Assembly (NCBI GenBank): GCA_032718475.1
Contig: JAUCBJ010000623.1
Span: 1-39,456, forward strand
Length of the DNA: 39,456 bases
Source of the DNA: Nemertoderma westbladi
Lineage: Eukaryota; Animalia; Xenacoelomorpha
Reading direction: 5' to 3'
How positions within the stretch are numbered: position 1 is the stretch's first letter; each line of letters begins with the position of its first letter. Positions 20,286 through 32,437 of this stretch are shown in pieces. The notes beneath the pieces were generated by a model that saw nothing but the letters and a program-made list of their open reading frames with translations, was not told where the DNA came from and did not search any database. The position numbers were made by a program, and so were the translations under genes.

Positions 20286-22191
20286 TATAGAATTATATTC
20301 CCTAAATGCCGTGGATTTTCAAAATTTTATTTTATTCGAATTAACTTTGTAAAGATTGCTTTGAGTTCTCATTAGTATTGGTTCTATCTATTGTGCACCC
20401 ATCGGTCAAGTGGTTCAGTAGCTCAGTCGGTAGAGCGTTGGAAATTATATGTGTAGTAGGTATCGAGTTCGAATCCTAGTAAGTGCGAATTATTTTTTGT
20501 GCAGAATTTCAACTCATTTAAATTAACCGCTACAAATTAATTGCATTTGTCTGTACCAATGAGACTGTAGTTATTTGATTGTAACCAATGTCGTGCAAGT
20601 TATATATTAGCTGGACCAATAGCTATCTTTAAAACCTTGTTAGAACCCATAGAACAATCGAGAATTTTCTCGATTGATTGCGGCACAAATTGGCTATATA
20701 AAGGTGCGATTTCGTTCATTAGTTTACTCTACTTCTTCAATCTTATTCTCTCAGTTATTCAGTTATCTGATATTTGTTTATTCCGTGCTTAGTTTATTTT
20801 CAGATTACATTGTATTATAATTGTATCTTCTGTAATAAAGTCAGAATCTCTCAGCTTATCTATCTGTTTTACTATGGATTCACTACGGTGAACAAACTCA
20901 GGGACAGGATGGCCGGCTAGAGATCGGGCCGCAGCAATGAACGGGAACATCACGGGAATGTAGACGAGAGACAACCCGCAATACCATTTAGAGTTATTCG
21001 CCCATCGCCTGAAAGGTTAGACAGCGTTCGATCCTTGCTACCTAAGTGTAAGACCAAAAGATCAAAAGGTAGAAGTAGTGACACGCTGCAAGCCTAAAAT
21101 TACATCATAGGGACTGTACTGTCTTGATTCAGGAAAACCCACAGTAGACCTTCACATTCCTACGGGGGAGAGGGAGAGCGCAGGCAGATACTAGTACGCA
21201 GATAGGACGTAGGCACACCGGTACAAGGCATACACATTGGTTAGGGTGCAGCAAACTGTACGCTTAACTCTTGCTAAGTACAGGTGCGTGTGCGACTATT
21301 TGCAGTACGACAGTGTCAAGTGCATCAGAACTTGTAGGCTAGGGGGGTTGCTGTGTTTTCACCTGAATTAGGATTGTACCGTTCAGGCGGTAGGGCAGTT
21401 TACGCTAGGCGCAAATAAATTGAGGCTATCAGGGATATACTAACATCTACCGTGTCCCCGCCAAAGCCCTAATAGGAAGTTACCCGGACTACCTGGGTGA
21501 CTAAAATTCTAGATAAGAGCCAGGATAGCTATTAGTACCCGTACGCCTACAGTAGTAAACTAACACATCTCTTCTTAGTATCAGGGACCTGGTACCTAAA
21601 ATTGCCGAATTCTGGGCGTAGTATTAACCTTATGCCTGAATTTGAGTCCTGGAAATACGCAAGAGGGGAAGGAACCTTATCATTCGTGAGTATTGGACCT
21701 ACAAGTTACAAAATTAGAATATTCGTAAAATGCACACCGTACCCAGTAATTATATATGTGAAGGAGCAAAACTGTTTTGACCGTTCAGAATTAATACGCG
21801 CGCGTTAGAAATTATTTACACCTCGAAATATATAAAATTAACTTTTGTCCTTACTGTGCTTTGCCCGCTAGTTAGACATCTCCAAATATCTGCCTGTGTA
21901 CCTAGCTAGCGTCCCTTTGCCCAACCATATAAATCACACCGCGGCAAGGTATGCGAGCCCCTTAGTCCGTCAGTGAGTCAGCCTGATTTTAGGATTCGCT
22001 GCGCGGGATTTTGTTTTATCGAAGTTGGTCTGCTCGTAGACTGTTTTCTGCCTCACCGGTTATAAGAGATCGATACTGCAATATATTCACTTACTTAGAG
22101 TTTACTGTTTTGGTGAGAAGGTCGGATTTATGATTTGATTTACAAACTTTACAGTAGGATATTGCAGGTATTGTTACCGTCTCTTCCAATA
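20286..22191 (+). repeat. 3' LTR, 1906 bp, intact
   Basis: Direct repeat of the 5' LTR, preceded by a weak purine tract GGAGCGG and followed by the TSD ATACT. Confidence 0.95.
20412..20498 (+). ncRNA. tRNA-like Pol III unit within the LTR (not a functional tRNA)
   Basis: A box/D-arm TAGCTCAGTCGGTAGAGC at 20419-20436, B box GAGTTCGAATCC at 20465-20476 and T6 at 20493-20498. Acceptor and anticodon stems do not pair. Confidence 0.6.
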
Positions 22192-22196
22192 ATACT

Positions 22197-25100
22197 TGCT
22201 CTTACAGAGACATGGCTGACAGGCAAGGATGAGGATGACTCTGTCGTGGAGGAAACGTGCCCTGCTGGATTTAAATTCGCACACGAACCCAGAACATGGA
22301 CATCAGGTGGTGGAGTTGGCTGCGCTTACAAGGGCAGTTTGGATATGGAACCATTCAAGATCGTACGAGCTACATATCGATCTTTCGAATATATTGAATT
22401 GACACTAACGCACCTTGGTGCCTACTTCCGCCTGTTAATTCTGTACCGTACTTATCCCTCAACAGTAAACAAACTAAATACATCGATGTTCCTTGAGGAA
22501 TTTAGTGATCTACTGCAACAACTTATGGTGGCAACGGGGAAATTAATTATTATGGGAGATTTTAACTTCTGGGTGGATGATTCAACAAATAAGGAATCTG
22601 CAAGTTTCTTAGATGTTGTGAACTGTTTTGGCATGGAACAATTATTACATGAGGCAACACACCGCAAAGGACACACTTTAGATTTGGTGTTGATGCACAA
22701 AGACGATATCGATATAATTAAGGATATACGGGTGTGTGACATCGGTATCTCGGATCACTACTTAATATGTTTTGATATATCACTACCAAAACCTATTGCG
22801 GTAAAAAAGATTATTTCGCACAGGAAACTGAGCCGTATAAACATGGGCAACTTGATTTCAGATATCGAAACATCAGCATTATGTGTAAACCCACTACCAC
22901 ATGACGTTGACCAACTGGTAGAACTCTATGACAAAACACTATTATCACTACTGGATAGACATGCACCATTGGTAACGAAGACAGTAATTGAGCGTCCAAT
23001 GGCACCATGGTATACCGAGTCAATAGCCAATGAGAAGAGAACTAGACACCGATTGGAGCGCAAATATCGGACAACGAAACTGCATGTTGACCTCTTGGAA
23101 TACAGAAACCAATGTTACAAGGTAGCAGCGGCCATCTCAACGGCTAAGGAACAATATTATAGCGGGATAATCAAGAACAATTCAGAGGACCTAAAAACAC
23201 TATTTAAAGTCGTCAATAAAGTTTTACACAGAGGAAATAAGGTTATATTACCGAGACATAATTCTGAATTGGAATTAGCTAACAGATTTGTAAACTACTT
23301 CGATAATAAGATTAAATCTATTCGAGATGGTCTAAACCACAATGGGACGTCATCCGGGACGCCATCCGGGACGCCTCCCACGCCATCCGGGACGCCTCCC
23401 TCGCCGTCTGGGGTGCTGCCCGCGCCGTCCGGGGTGCCTCCACCCACGCCATGCGGGTCGCCTCCCAGGCCATCCGGGACGCCTCCCACGCCATCCGGGA
23501 CGCCTCCCTTGCCGTCTGGGGTGCTGCCCGCGCCGTCCGGGGTGCCTCCACCCACGCCATGCGGGTCGCCTCCCAGGCCATCCGGGACGCCTCCCACGCC
23601 ATCCGGGACGCCTCCCTCGCCGTCTGGGGTGCTGCCCGCACCGTCCGGGGTGCCTACACCCACGCCATGCGGGTCGCCTCCCAGTCCATCTGGTACGCCT
23701 CCCGCGCCGTCCGGGACGCCTCAAGGACCGTCAGGGATGCCTCCCACGTCATCCAGGGTGCCTCTCGCTCCGACCAGGGTACCTCCTGCGCCATCCGGGG
23801 CGCCGTCCGGGACGCCTCCCGCACCGTCCGGGAAGCCGTCCGGGGTGCCTCCCGCGCCGTCCGGGACGCCTCCAGCACCGGTCCTTCACAAATTTTGTGA
23901 CATAACGAGCGACGGCGTTGAAAAACTGATAAGCGACTCGAAGTCAAAATCAAGTCCACGTGACCCGATTCCAACCAGCATACTAAAGATGTCCTTAAAA
24001 CCACTATTGATGGTCATTACATTGATAATTAACTTATCTTTACAAACTGGAACTGTGGCTTCGCGTTTCAAAGAAGCAATTCTCACACCAATACTAAAGA
24101 AATTGCGATTAGACCCGGAAATACTCAATCACTTTAGACCGGTTTCGAACTTACTGTACATTTCCAAATTAACTGAGAAGGTGGTGGTAGAGCAGTTAAA
24201 GCACCACATGAATCTGAACGGTCTGCATGAACCCTACCAGAGTGCCTACCGCCCATTACACGGTACGGAAACTGCTTTGTTATCTGTTGCTGATACGGTA
24301 CTTCGTGGAATTGACGATGGTTCGGTGTGTTTGTTTATCACACTTGATTTAAGCGCGGCATTCGACACGGTTGAACATAGCAAACTATTGCAGATACTTA
24401 AACACGACATTGGCATTGATGGCGTCGCCCTTAAATGGTTCGTATCATATCTATCAGAGCGCTCGCAACAGGTGCGTATTGGGAATACATATTCCATCGC
24501 AAAGCACCTCCGCTATGGACTACCACAGGGTTCGGTATTGGGTCCGATTCTGTTTACGATATACACGCGTTCACTATCAGCTGTAATAAAGCGGCATGGT
24601 CTACATTGTCATTTCTACGCGGATGATACCCAATTATATTTGATTTTCAAGCCAATTGAATTAAACAGCGCTGTAAAAGTAACTGAGAGTTGCCTCGTGG
24701 ATGTGCTGGAGTGGATGGATAAAAACTACTTAAAAATGAATTCCGATAAAACTAAAGTCCTGTTATTGCAGTCCAGGTTCGGCATCCAGCAGGACCCCCC
24801 AGTACTGACCATTGGGAGCGACATAATATCGTGCAGCCCAAACGTTCGCAATATCGGGTTCGAATTAGACTCTCAGCTTACAATGTGCAAGCAAATAGGA
24901 ATCACCGTTCGTGAGGCATTCTTCCATTTAAGGAATCTTTCAGAGATAAAGCGATACGTCAACAAACAAAACATGGAAATACTTATACACGCACTTGTAA
25001 CATCAAAGCTTGACGCCAATAATTCTCTCTACTACGGTCTGCCAAAAAAATCCATTCAGAAACTACAGTACGTTCAAAACTCCGCGGCTCGACTTCTATG

Positions 25101-25464
25101 TGGTGTAAAGAAGAGGGACCATATAACTCCAACCCTAAAAGCATTGCACTGGTTACCTATAGTTCGCCGTATAGACTTTAAAATTGCCTTGCTAACTTGG
25201 AAATGCGTAAATAACTGTGCCCCGAAGTATCTAAGCGACTTACTAACTCCGTACCTACCCATCCGCGAGATGCGATCCAGCGGGCTGGGTTTACTCGTGG
25301 CCCCTCGCTACAATACGGAACATTATGGTAGGCGATCGTTCTCCATTGCTGCTCCAACTGTATGGAACGCATTGCCTCCGGCCATACGCGAATCATCGAA
25401 TGTGGGCATTTTTAAGAAACGTCTAAAAACTCACCTGTACAATCTGGAATACCACGTAAACTAG
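22197..25464 (+). CDS. LINE ORF2, 3' part: endonuclease remainder and reverse transcriptase
   Basis: TETWL, MGDFN, GHTLDLV, SDHYLI, DLSAAFDTV, GLPQGSVLGP and YADD. The first ~20 codons of the called ORF at 22135 are LTR-derived. Confidence 0.95.
23344..23881 (+). repeat. ~21-bp coding minisatellite (PSGTPPx) with a 108-bp higher-order period
   Basis: Lies in the endonuclease-RT linker and keeps the frame; a 36-aa block occurs ~3 times. Confidence 0.9.
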
Positions 25465-26292
25465 TGTCCTATATTACGCTGTGCATATGAAGTTAAATCT
25501 AAACTAAACATTATTTATTTGTTTTTATGGACGACTGACATTTTTTTTTTTTTTTTTTTTTTAATTAATTACTTTCAATTTTAAATTTAATTTTAACTTA
25601 AGTACTGGATGTATACACGATTGTTTTTAACATCAATATATTTTAAATCTTAAAAAGTCCACCATAACAGTTGTTTTTACGGTTTGTTTTTACTATTAAT
25701 TTTAATTCATTATCACTGCCATTATATTCTATTCTGCCATTAATTACATTTTAATTTAACCCGCACTGGAATGCTTGCGTTGATCGGTTTTTTTTATTGT
25801 TTGTTTTTTTACTATATGCTACAATATTCACGATGATCGTTTTTATTGTTTGTTTTTACTATATTTTTATGATGTTTTTATTGTTGGTTTTTAATTACTA
25901 TATTATTTTAGTTGATTTTTTATTTCATAACTATTGCTATTGCAGTCACGAACTATTATTACTGTGTACTATGTGTTGTCAGCGCCTTAGAGTACGTATA
26001 TTATGTAAATTTGGCGCTATATAAATAAATATATATTATTATTATTATTATTATTACAAAGACGCTGTGTTTTAGCACATACTGTATCTCACACGTTTAA
26101 ACTTGAAGGGATTATAAATAACTAAATGAGAGATATTCCACTCATTAGACTTTTCGCCCTTTATCGGAAGATTTGATAACTGCCAGACGGAATAGTCTCC
26201 CTTGAAATACACAGCTGATTGTCTAGTACACATCTGTCAAGTTTCATTTAGAGTAGATTAAAAGCAAAGAAATGGAAGGACATTGGACAAAG

Positions 26293-26422
26293 TATGGTGG
26301 CCCTGAGCGGCCAATTTTTGTAATATTTTTTTGTTCCCCCGACTTTTGCAAACTCTTTCGAACGACTTTACAAAACTCGGCGTAACAAACTTGATTGGAT
26401 GGAGTGGATTCTATACCAACTA
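26293..26422 (+). mobile_element. IS3EU-like left end with one internal repeat unit
   Basis: TATGGTGGCCCTGAGCGGCCAA resembles the end at 36938. 26339-26420 is the inverse of the repeat at 30630-30885. Confidence 0.5.
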
Positions 26423-26674
26423 AGGTATTTATGTATTCATGTAAATGTGTTCATGTTCAAGTCATCCTTAAAAACCTACATACTACTTTAAACTGGAGTA
26501 CGACCATCTTAATTTGATTAGCTGTTTTCAACATGCTGTGCATATATTTTAAACCTATTTTATTTATATTTTGAACAATAATGTTGATTTTAAACGTCTT
26601 TTATAAGTGTATATATTTTAAACATACTGAAACCGGTACTGGCGGTACTGTATTTTGTATGCATGTATACTATC

Positions 26675-26735
26675 CGCGCCTTGAAACAACCTGTAAAAGG
26701 CGCGTTAGAAATATATTATTATTATTTTTTATTAT
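26675..26735 (+). mobile_element. 3' tail remnant of a second L2-like LINE/SINE
   Basis: Stem CGCGCCTT...AAGGCGCG followed by (TAT)n, the same layout as 25981-26056. Confidence 0.45.
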
Positions 26736-27078
26736 AATATTTATATTAATATATGATTTAGGCAAATATTTCTTAAATCCTGATCGACATATTTTGTATC
26801 CTCCAATTAATATGCAGTTTTGCTGCAGGAAGGCCCCACTCTGTATTTGTGTCCTACTAAATTTAAGTTGGGATTTTTTAATGCATTATGTGAACTGGGG
26901 AATACCAGCAACCAGTAAATTCCCCTCCTATAATATCAATTATAACTTCTATAATAATGTAACTGTATTAGCGGCTTATAGTTTTCTCATGTGCTTTATA
27001 GCAATTTTTGAGACAAAACACAAAAAAATTTCCCTCCTGTACTGTAGGCCCCTACTGTTGTTGTACACTACAGGTACT

Positions 27079-27704
27079 GTGGGGCGAGACACGTAGTCGG
27101 CGAGCCTTTGCATACGGTTCATATAGGGCAAATGGGGCATGTCCGTCTGTCTGTCCGTCTGTCTGTCTGTCCGTCCGTCCGTCTGTCTGGTAAATGTTTG
27201 AACGCGAATTTCTCGGCATCGCTCGTTCGGAATTGAACCAAACTTAGTAGGTAAGTAGTAGAGAGAAAGTTTAGAAAGTTTGTAAAGTTTGGTGAAAAAT
27301 CATGCAGTCTGACGTCAGCTACGACAGATTATGTGGTTTTTAGAAAATGTTAAATTTCTCGGGAAGGCCTCATTTTCCTGAGCTGAAATTTTGATGGCCT
27401 GTAGAGAATCACGAAGTCTATCTTTTACGAAATTGAAAAGTTAAGACATTTAATTGGGGATCCGCTAGAGACTCAGAAGTAATGACATAGGCCTACCGGT
27501 ACGGTACTGCTGTACAGTGGTGCACTGGTAAGTACGAAATTGCAGAATAACAATTTGACACCACCTAGCGGATTAACATATGATTGTATATCGAATGAAT
27601 ACATTTATAGCATGGGATATGGGGTCCAAACTAGACATGCCCCATTTGCTCTATATGAACCGTATGCCAAGGCTTGCCGACTACGTGCTGCGCCAAGTCC
27701 CCAC
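27079..27704. mobile_element. Non-autonomous element with ~55-bp inverted repeats and a GTCY microsatellite (DINE-1/Helentron-associated-like)
   Basis: CACGTAGTCGG...GGGGCATGTC (27090-27143) is inverted at 27634-27687; (GTCY)n lies at 27141-27189. Confidence 0.6.
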
Positions 27705-27988
27705 GAACGTGTAATACACGTTCATTATTACAATACAGCAGTATAACAGCAATCTTGGCCTAAATAACAGCATAAAGAAACATTCTGACAGTTATTCCTC
27801 CTATTTGGTTTATTTATTGATATACTGTAAGATTATCCTGATTAACTTACGACACATTATATAAATTGAACAGCGAAATAAAATTATTACAATTCTCGAA
27901 ATTAACCGAAATCTTAAAAAGCATTTAATTTTAAACCAACAAATACAACAACTTTACTCTGTGTAATCCAATCAATCATTAACTAAAC

Positions 27989-29046
27989 ATGGCTCATGAT
28001 GGAATCTATAGCGACACAGAAATAAACATGGAGGAAATACCCTCAAGAACACCGGAAGGTGTCTATGACGTCATATCGGATAACGCGATTCCACAACATA
28101 CGTCTCAGAATGTTATAGGACGCAATGAAGCCGTTACTGAGAGACCGGTTGTATCAGTTAGAAGATGGTGGGTCGGGGTTGTTGGTGGGATCTTGGTAGT
28201 GTTTGTAGTGGCAGCGGCACTAGCAACATTGTTTGTTATGATGTCTAACAAGAACAATAAAGAAATAAAAGACCAGGTTGCAATTCAAATTAATCATGTC
28301 ATGGAAAGTATTGGTGATCTAACGGAAAGAAATAGTAAGTTAGATGAAAGTATTGGGGATTTAAAGCAAAATAATAACGAGTTAGGGGAAATGTTGTTGC
28401 AGCTTCGACCAGTTTTAGTTTGTTTAAAAACCGAAGTAGATTCTATCGCCTTCGTCAGCCATACTAATGGACTAAAAAATGGTGTCATTAGATGCGACAA
28501 CTCAGTCCCTAATCAGGTCCCTGGTTAGACATACAGAGGAGGGTAGATGGATCAGTAAACTTTTATCGAGATTGGGCCAGTTATACGACGGGCTTTGGTA
28601 ATGTGGAGAGCGAGTTTTTTCTAGGTTTGGAAAATATCCACAACCTTACCAAAGCCGGAGTCAAACTGAGGATCGATCTTTGGTACCATGGAGAACACCA
28701 GTACGCCGAGTATAATCATTTCAGTATCGGTGATTCTAATAGTAATTACACACTACAGATACCCGGATACAGCGGTACAGCTGGAGATTCGATACTTGTT
28801 GGGAGTCCCGGTGGGGGTTACTACCTAAATGGACAACCATTCACAACTAACGATCGCGCTAACAATGCTTATGCCAGAAACTGCGCCGTCGATCGCAATG
28901 GGGCTTGGTGTTATCGGGCGTGCAGCTACTCCAATCTAAACGGCGTCTACGGGAGGGAGGAGGGTAGGGAGGGACCTTATTGGTACACATTTTCCAACAG
29001 CTTCTTCATACCGATGGATAAAATCGAAATGAAGATCAGAGTTTAG
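27989..29046 (+). pseudogene. Intronless type II transmembrane fibrinogen-related (FReD, FIBCD1/ficolin-like) gene with a 1-bp frameshift at ~28519
   Basis: Cytoplasmic N-terminus, hydrophobic WWVGVVGGILVVFVVAAALATLFVMM and a coiled coil. The shifted frame reads WLDIQRRVDGSVNFYRDW, GFGN, FFLGLENIH, GYSGTAGDS, SNLNGVY and EMKIR. Confidence 0.85.
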
Positions 29047-29199
29047 CGAATCTATTATTGTTAACTATTTAACTAACTATTGTATATAATTCTGTTTGTT
29101 TACAATTTGATTGTAAGTTATATTATCTGTCCTTATAATTTCTAAACTTCTGATAGACGAAATGTGTAGATAACAAGTTTGGTACCATCACGGCCATTA

Positions 29200-29910
29200 A
29201 GCCATCCCCTCTGGAGAGTCTGGGCCTACACTTCCTGGACCAGGAATCCAGGCTCTCCCTGGACTACTGGCTTTGTGTTCGCATGGTCTCGGAACCAACT
29301 CCCTGCGGTCCCTTTCCAATCTGCTCCTCTGCCTCTGACCCATTTGGAGACCATCATGTTGGCTGTGGCGGCGAAGGAGACATGATATCACGCCATGACT
29401 CACTCTGGAATGCTATCTTCCAAGCAGCTCAATCAGCAGCTCTCAGCCTGATGTCAGTCCCCAGCCTGATCCCTGGGTCCTGCAGTCGCCCAGCCGACGT
29501 GTTCCCTTCTAACTGGAAAAGGGGCCAGCCCATGGCACTAGATGTCACAGTTATCTCCCCCCTCCAGTCACGAACCCTCTCCCAAGCCACCAGTACCCCT
29601 GGACATGCCCTCACCATCGCCCGTGAATGCAAACTCACCGCCCACCTTGAGGAGTGCCGCAATTCGGGTGAGATTTACCCCTCTTGTGTTGGAGGCCCTG
29701 GATGGATGGGATTCGGACTCCTGTGCAGTCCTCTGGGAAATCGCGCCTCTCCAGAGCCTCCGTCGAGGCATTCCTGCTCCTGATGCGGCCAGGCACCTAT
29801 TCCAACGCCTGTCCGTTACATTGTGGCGTGGGAATGCCATGATGTGGCTCTGTAGAGGTCCTGTCCCCCCGCCCCACCCCCTCCGTGGATGGAAACCAGT
29901 GATGCGAATT
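29200..29910 (+). mobile_element. 3' fragment of a CRE-like non-LTR retrotransposon (CCHC plus restriction-like endonuclease), frameshifted
   Basis: PIC..ASDPFGDHHVGC, ISRHD, RPADV and ALDVTV, then in another frame FTPLVLEALDGW and QRLSVTLWRGNA. Confidence 0.75.
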
Positions 29911-30629
29911 GCCTGGCCATTCGGGAACTCCCTGGGTTCCATAAAGACTTGTAAGAAGTTTTGTTTTGCACGTTTTTACTCTGTACGCACGAGTTTGTTG
30001 CAAGCTGCATGTTGTTCACAATATGTTTACTGGTCAGTTCTCCAGTTATCTACATTAAAAATGTATTTTGTTTTTGTAGTATAAAAAGTTTGGTTCTATT
30101 TCATCTAAAATTGACTAAGTACTGTAATAAGCGTTCAAACATTTCCAACTAGGACGACACGCTCACCTGGACTTACGTGGCTTGTCACACAATAGCGGTT
30201 ATTATATAAAATTGTGTGAGGAAGGGGCGATCATCTAAATAGAGAAGCCACATGGCGCGCCTTAGCTCTCTGGAGTGTTAAAGATCGGTAGCAAGATCAG
30301 ACCCAATGGGGCCAGATTGGGAGACTGGCCCCAGAGAAGATAGTCCCACCCCACATCTATTGCTAGATTGGATTCCCCAGAAAGGAGCGCACTTTACGGT
30401 TGATGCTATCTTCTCACCGGGAAGATAGCATGGGGGGTTGTATTAGCGGATCCATTCCACTATGCATTTCCAACCATAAAATGGGGGGAGCCAATTTACC
30501 AAGTTGGCCATTAAGATATATCCAATAAGTATACCAAGCAAAGAATGATGCAATAAGCCATCACAAAAGTCGTTGAAACGAATTTCCAAAAGATGGGCGA
30601 ACAAAAAAAAAGATTACAAAAAACGTTTT

Positions 30630-31012
30630 CCCGAGTTTTGTAAAGTCGTTCGAACGAGTTTGCAAAAGTCGGGAAAACAGACTTGATTGGGTGTTTATTG
30701 GTATAGAAACCACTCCAGTCAATTAGATTTGTTTCACCGAGTTTTATAAAGTCGTTCGAACGAGTTTGCAAAAGTCGGGGAAACAAACTTGATTCGATGC
30801 CCGTTGATATAGAAACCACTCAAGCCAATTCGATTTGTTTCCTCGAGTTTTGTAAAGTCGTTCGAACGATTTTGCAAAAGTCGGGAGACCAAAAAAAAAG
30901 AGTTTACAAAAGAAAAGAAAAAACAAGAAAAAAGATTACAAAACTTACAAATCTTTTCTTTTAATCCCCTTCAAAAAAAATAAATTAAATGTGGCATAAA
31001 TCAGCCACCGTA
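30630..31012 (-). mobile_element. ~106-bp tandem repeat (~2.5 copies) and an IS3EU-like right end
   Basis: Unit CCGAGTTTTGTAAAGTCGTTCGAACGAGTTTGCAAAAGTCGGG...; terminus GCCACCGTA at 31004-31012. Confidence 0.55.
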
Positions 31013-31411
31013 CTGTTCGCTTATCTGTGTACCAATCTTAAAATAGCGACTTCAAGTAAATCTGTAAGTATACAGTAAATGAATGGTCACGACAAGTAGC
31101 CAACAGTATCAGCTGATTTTATTTCATCTTTTTTGCCCTACTGGTAGTACACCATGACCCGTAATATAGTGTAATTTTCTGATGACACGGACCCCCCCCC
31201 CCCCCCCCCTCCCCCAGATTTTTCTACAAATCTTTATCATATTGCTAGAACTTTGAAACATAACTAGTTCAATTCACCATGGTTGACCCCATGAAGCCGG
31301 GATTTTCAATTTTGCTTTAAATTATTTTTATAGGCGTTTTAAAAAGTATATTTTGCGAAATTGTACCCTCCGCATTGTGGCCATTCTTCACATTAGTCGT
31401 AATATCATATC

Positions 31412-32006
31412 AGTAGTATGGGTATAGCCCTGTTTGGCCCAGTGTCTGCCATAGCCCATCATTGATGTCAATCATCGAATGCCTGCGTGTGTCTGCCATA
31501 GCCCATCATTGATGTCAATCATCTAATGCCTGCGTATTGACGACTATTAGCAACCAATAGGAACGCAGGAATAAATCACAGCTTAACCAATATGAATGTA
31601 GAAATATGATGGCAGCAAGATCCTACATTCCATTCCCAGGCATTGACCTCAACAGATTTAGCGCTTCCTTACTAGAATGCCTGTGTGTGTCTGCCATACC
31701 TTATCATATATGTCAATCATCGAATGCCTGCATATCGACGACTAGTAGTAACCAATAGGAAGACAGGAATAAATCACAATTTAACCAATAGGAATGTAGG
31801 AATATGATGGCAGTAAGATCCTACTTTGACCTCAACAGATTTAGCGCTTCCTTGCAGTGTTTTGGTCTTAACAGATTTAGCGTTTCCTTACAGTTATTAA
31901 CTAATGGGAACACAACATTATGGTGAAGCAAGATCTCTTATTCTATCCCCAATTATTACCCTCAATTGATTTACTGATTCCCAATAGTGGGCTATGGCAG
32001 ACACTG
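31412..32006. repeat. Repeat-rich block: ~190-bp and ~48-bp direct repeats bounded by a 19-bp inverted repeat; possible Polinton/Maverick terminus or MITE
   Basis: CAGTGTCTGCCATAGCCCA (31440-31458) is inverted at 31988-32006, with no TSD. AGTAGT at 31412; several CCAAT motifs. Confidence 0.5.
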
Positions 32007-32437
32007 TAATTGATATTTTATTCATTTTTAATTAACTTATCTTTTCTGCTAGGTGAGAAGTACAGAGCCTCGAATATAATATAATATAATTCATCAAGCA
32101 ATATATTAATTCCAACTATACTGACAATTATACAGTTTGTTTTTATTGTTAACATAAATAATTACAATACAGATAATTTACATATTAAAATATGTCACAC
32201 CACACAATAAATCAAGCAGTCCCATGCTTCTTCTTTCCTAGTTTGTTTTCTAGTTTGTCATTCTACAAATAACATCTTCTTAACCTGCAATAAATTCAAC
32301 AAAGTTTAAAGTTTTTACTTTGTGTGTCTTTTTCAGTCTATTTTAAATTAAATTACATTTATGTAACATTATTATATTATAAAACTGATATGGTGAGGGT
32401 TTGAACTTGTTGTTACTTGTTTTATTTACCGTGTTAA

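Larger units (their letters stand above)
4416..22191 (+). mobile_element. BEL/Pao-type LTR retroelement lacking RT/RNase H (~14.2 kb without nested inserts)
   Basis: Two direct LTRs, 5-bp TSD ATACT (4411-4415, 22192-22196), and BEL-type gag, triple zinc knuckle, protease and integrase motifs. Confidence 0.92.
678..26056 (+). mobile_element. L2-group LINE retrotransposon, interrupted by insertions at 844-2380 and 4416-22191; 5' UTR boundary upstream of 678 not defined
   Basis: ORF1 and an APE-endonuclease/RT ORF2 rejoin in frame once the insertions are removed. The C-terminal motifs LHWLP..RIDFKI, RSFS.AAP..WN.LP and FKKRLKTHL are typical of L2. The 3' end has an AGCGCC...GGCGCT stem (25981-26018) and an (ATT)n tail ending at 26056. 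Confidence 0.9.

Noticed and set aside
20412-20487. Functional tRNA gene
   Set aside because: Only the D-arm pairs; acceptor, anticodon and T stems do not.
22135-22196. LTR-provided start that rescues the LINE RT as the missing RT for the BEL element
   Set aside because: The frame is open but starts at TTG, LINE RTs prime on target DNA and this one has no RNase H, and the fusion arose only after integration.
23295-24004. Many overlapping ORFs on both strands
   Set aside because: Shadow frames of the stop-free GC-rich minisatellite.
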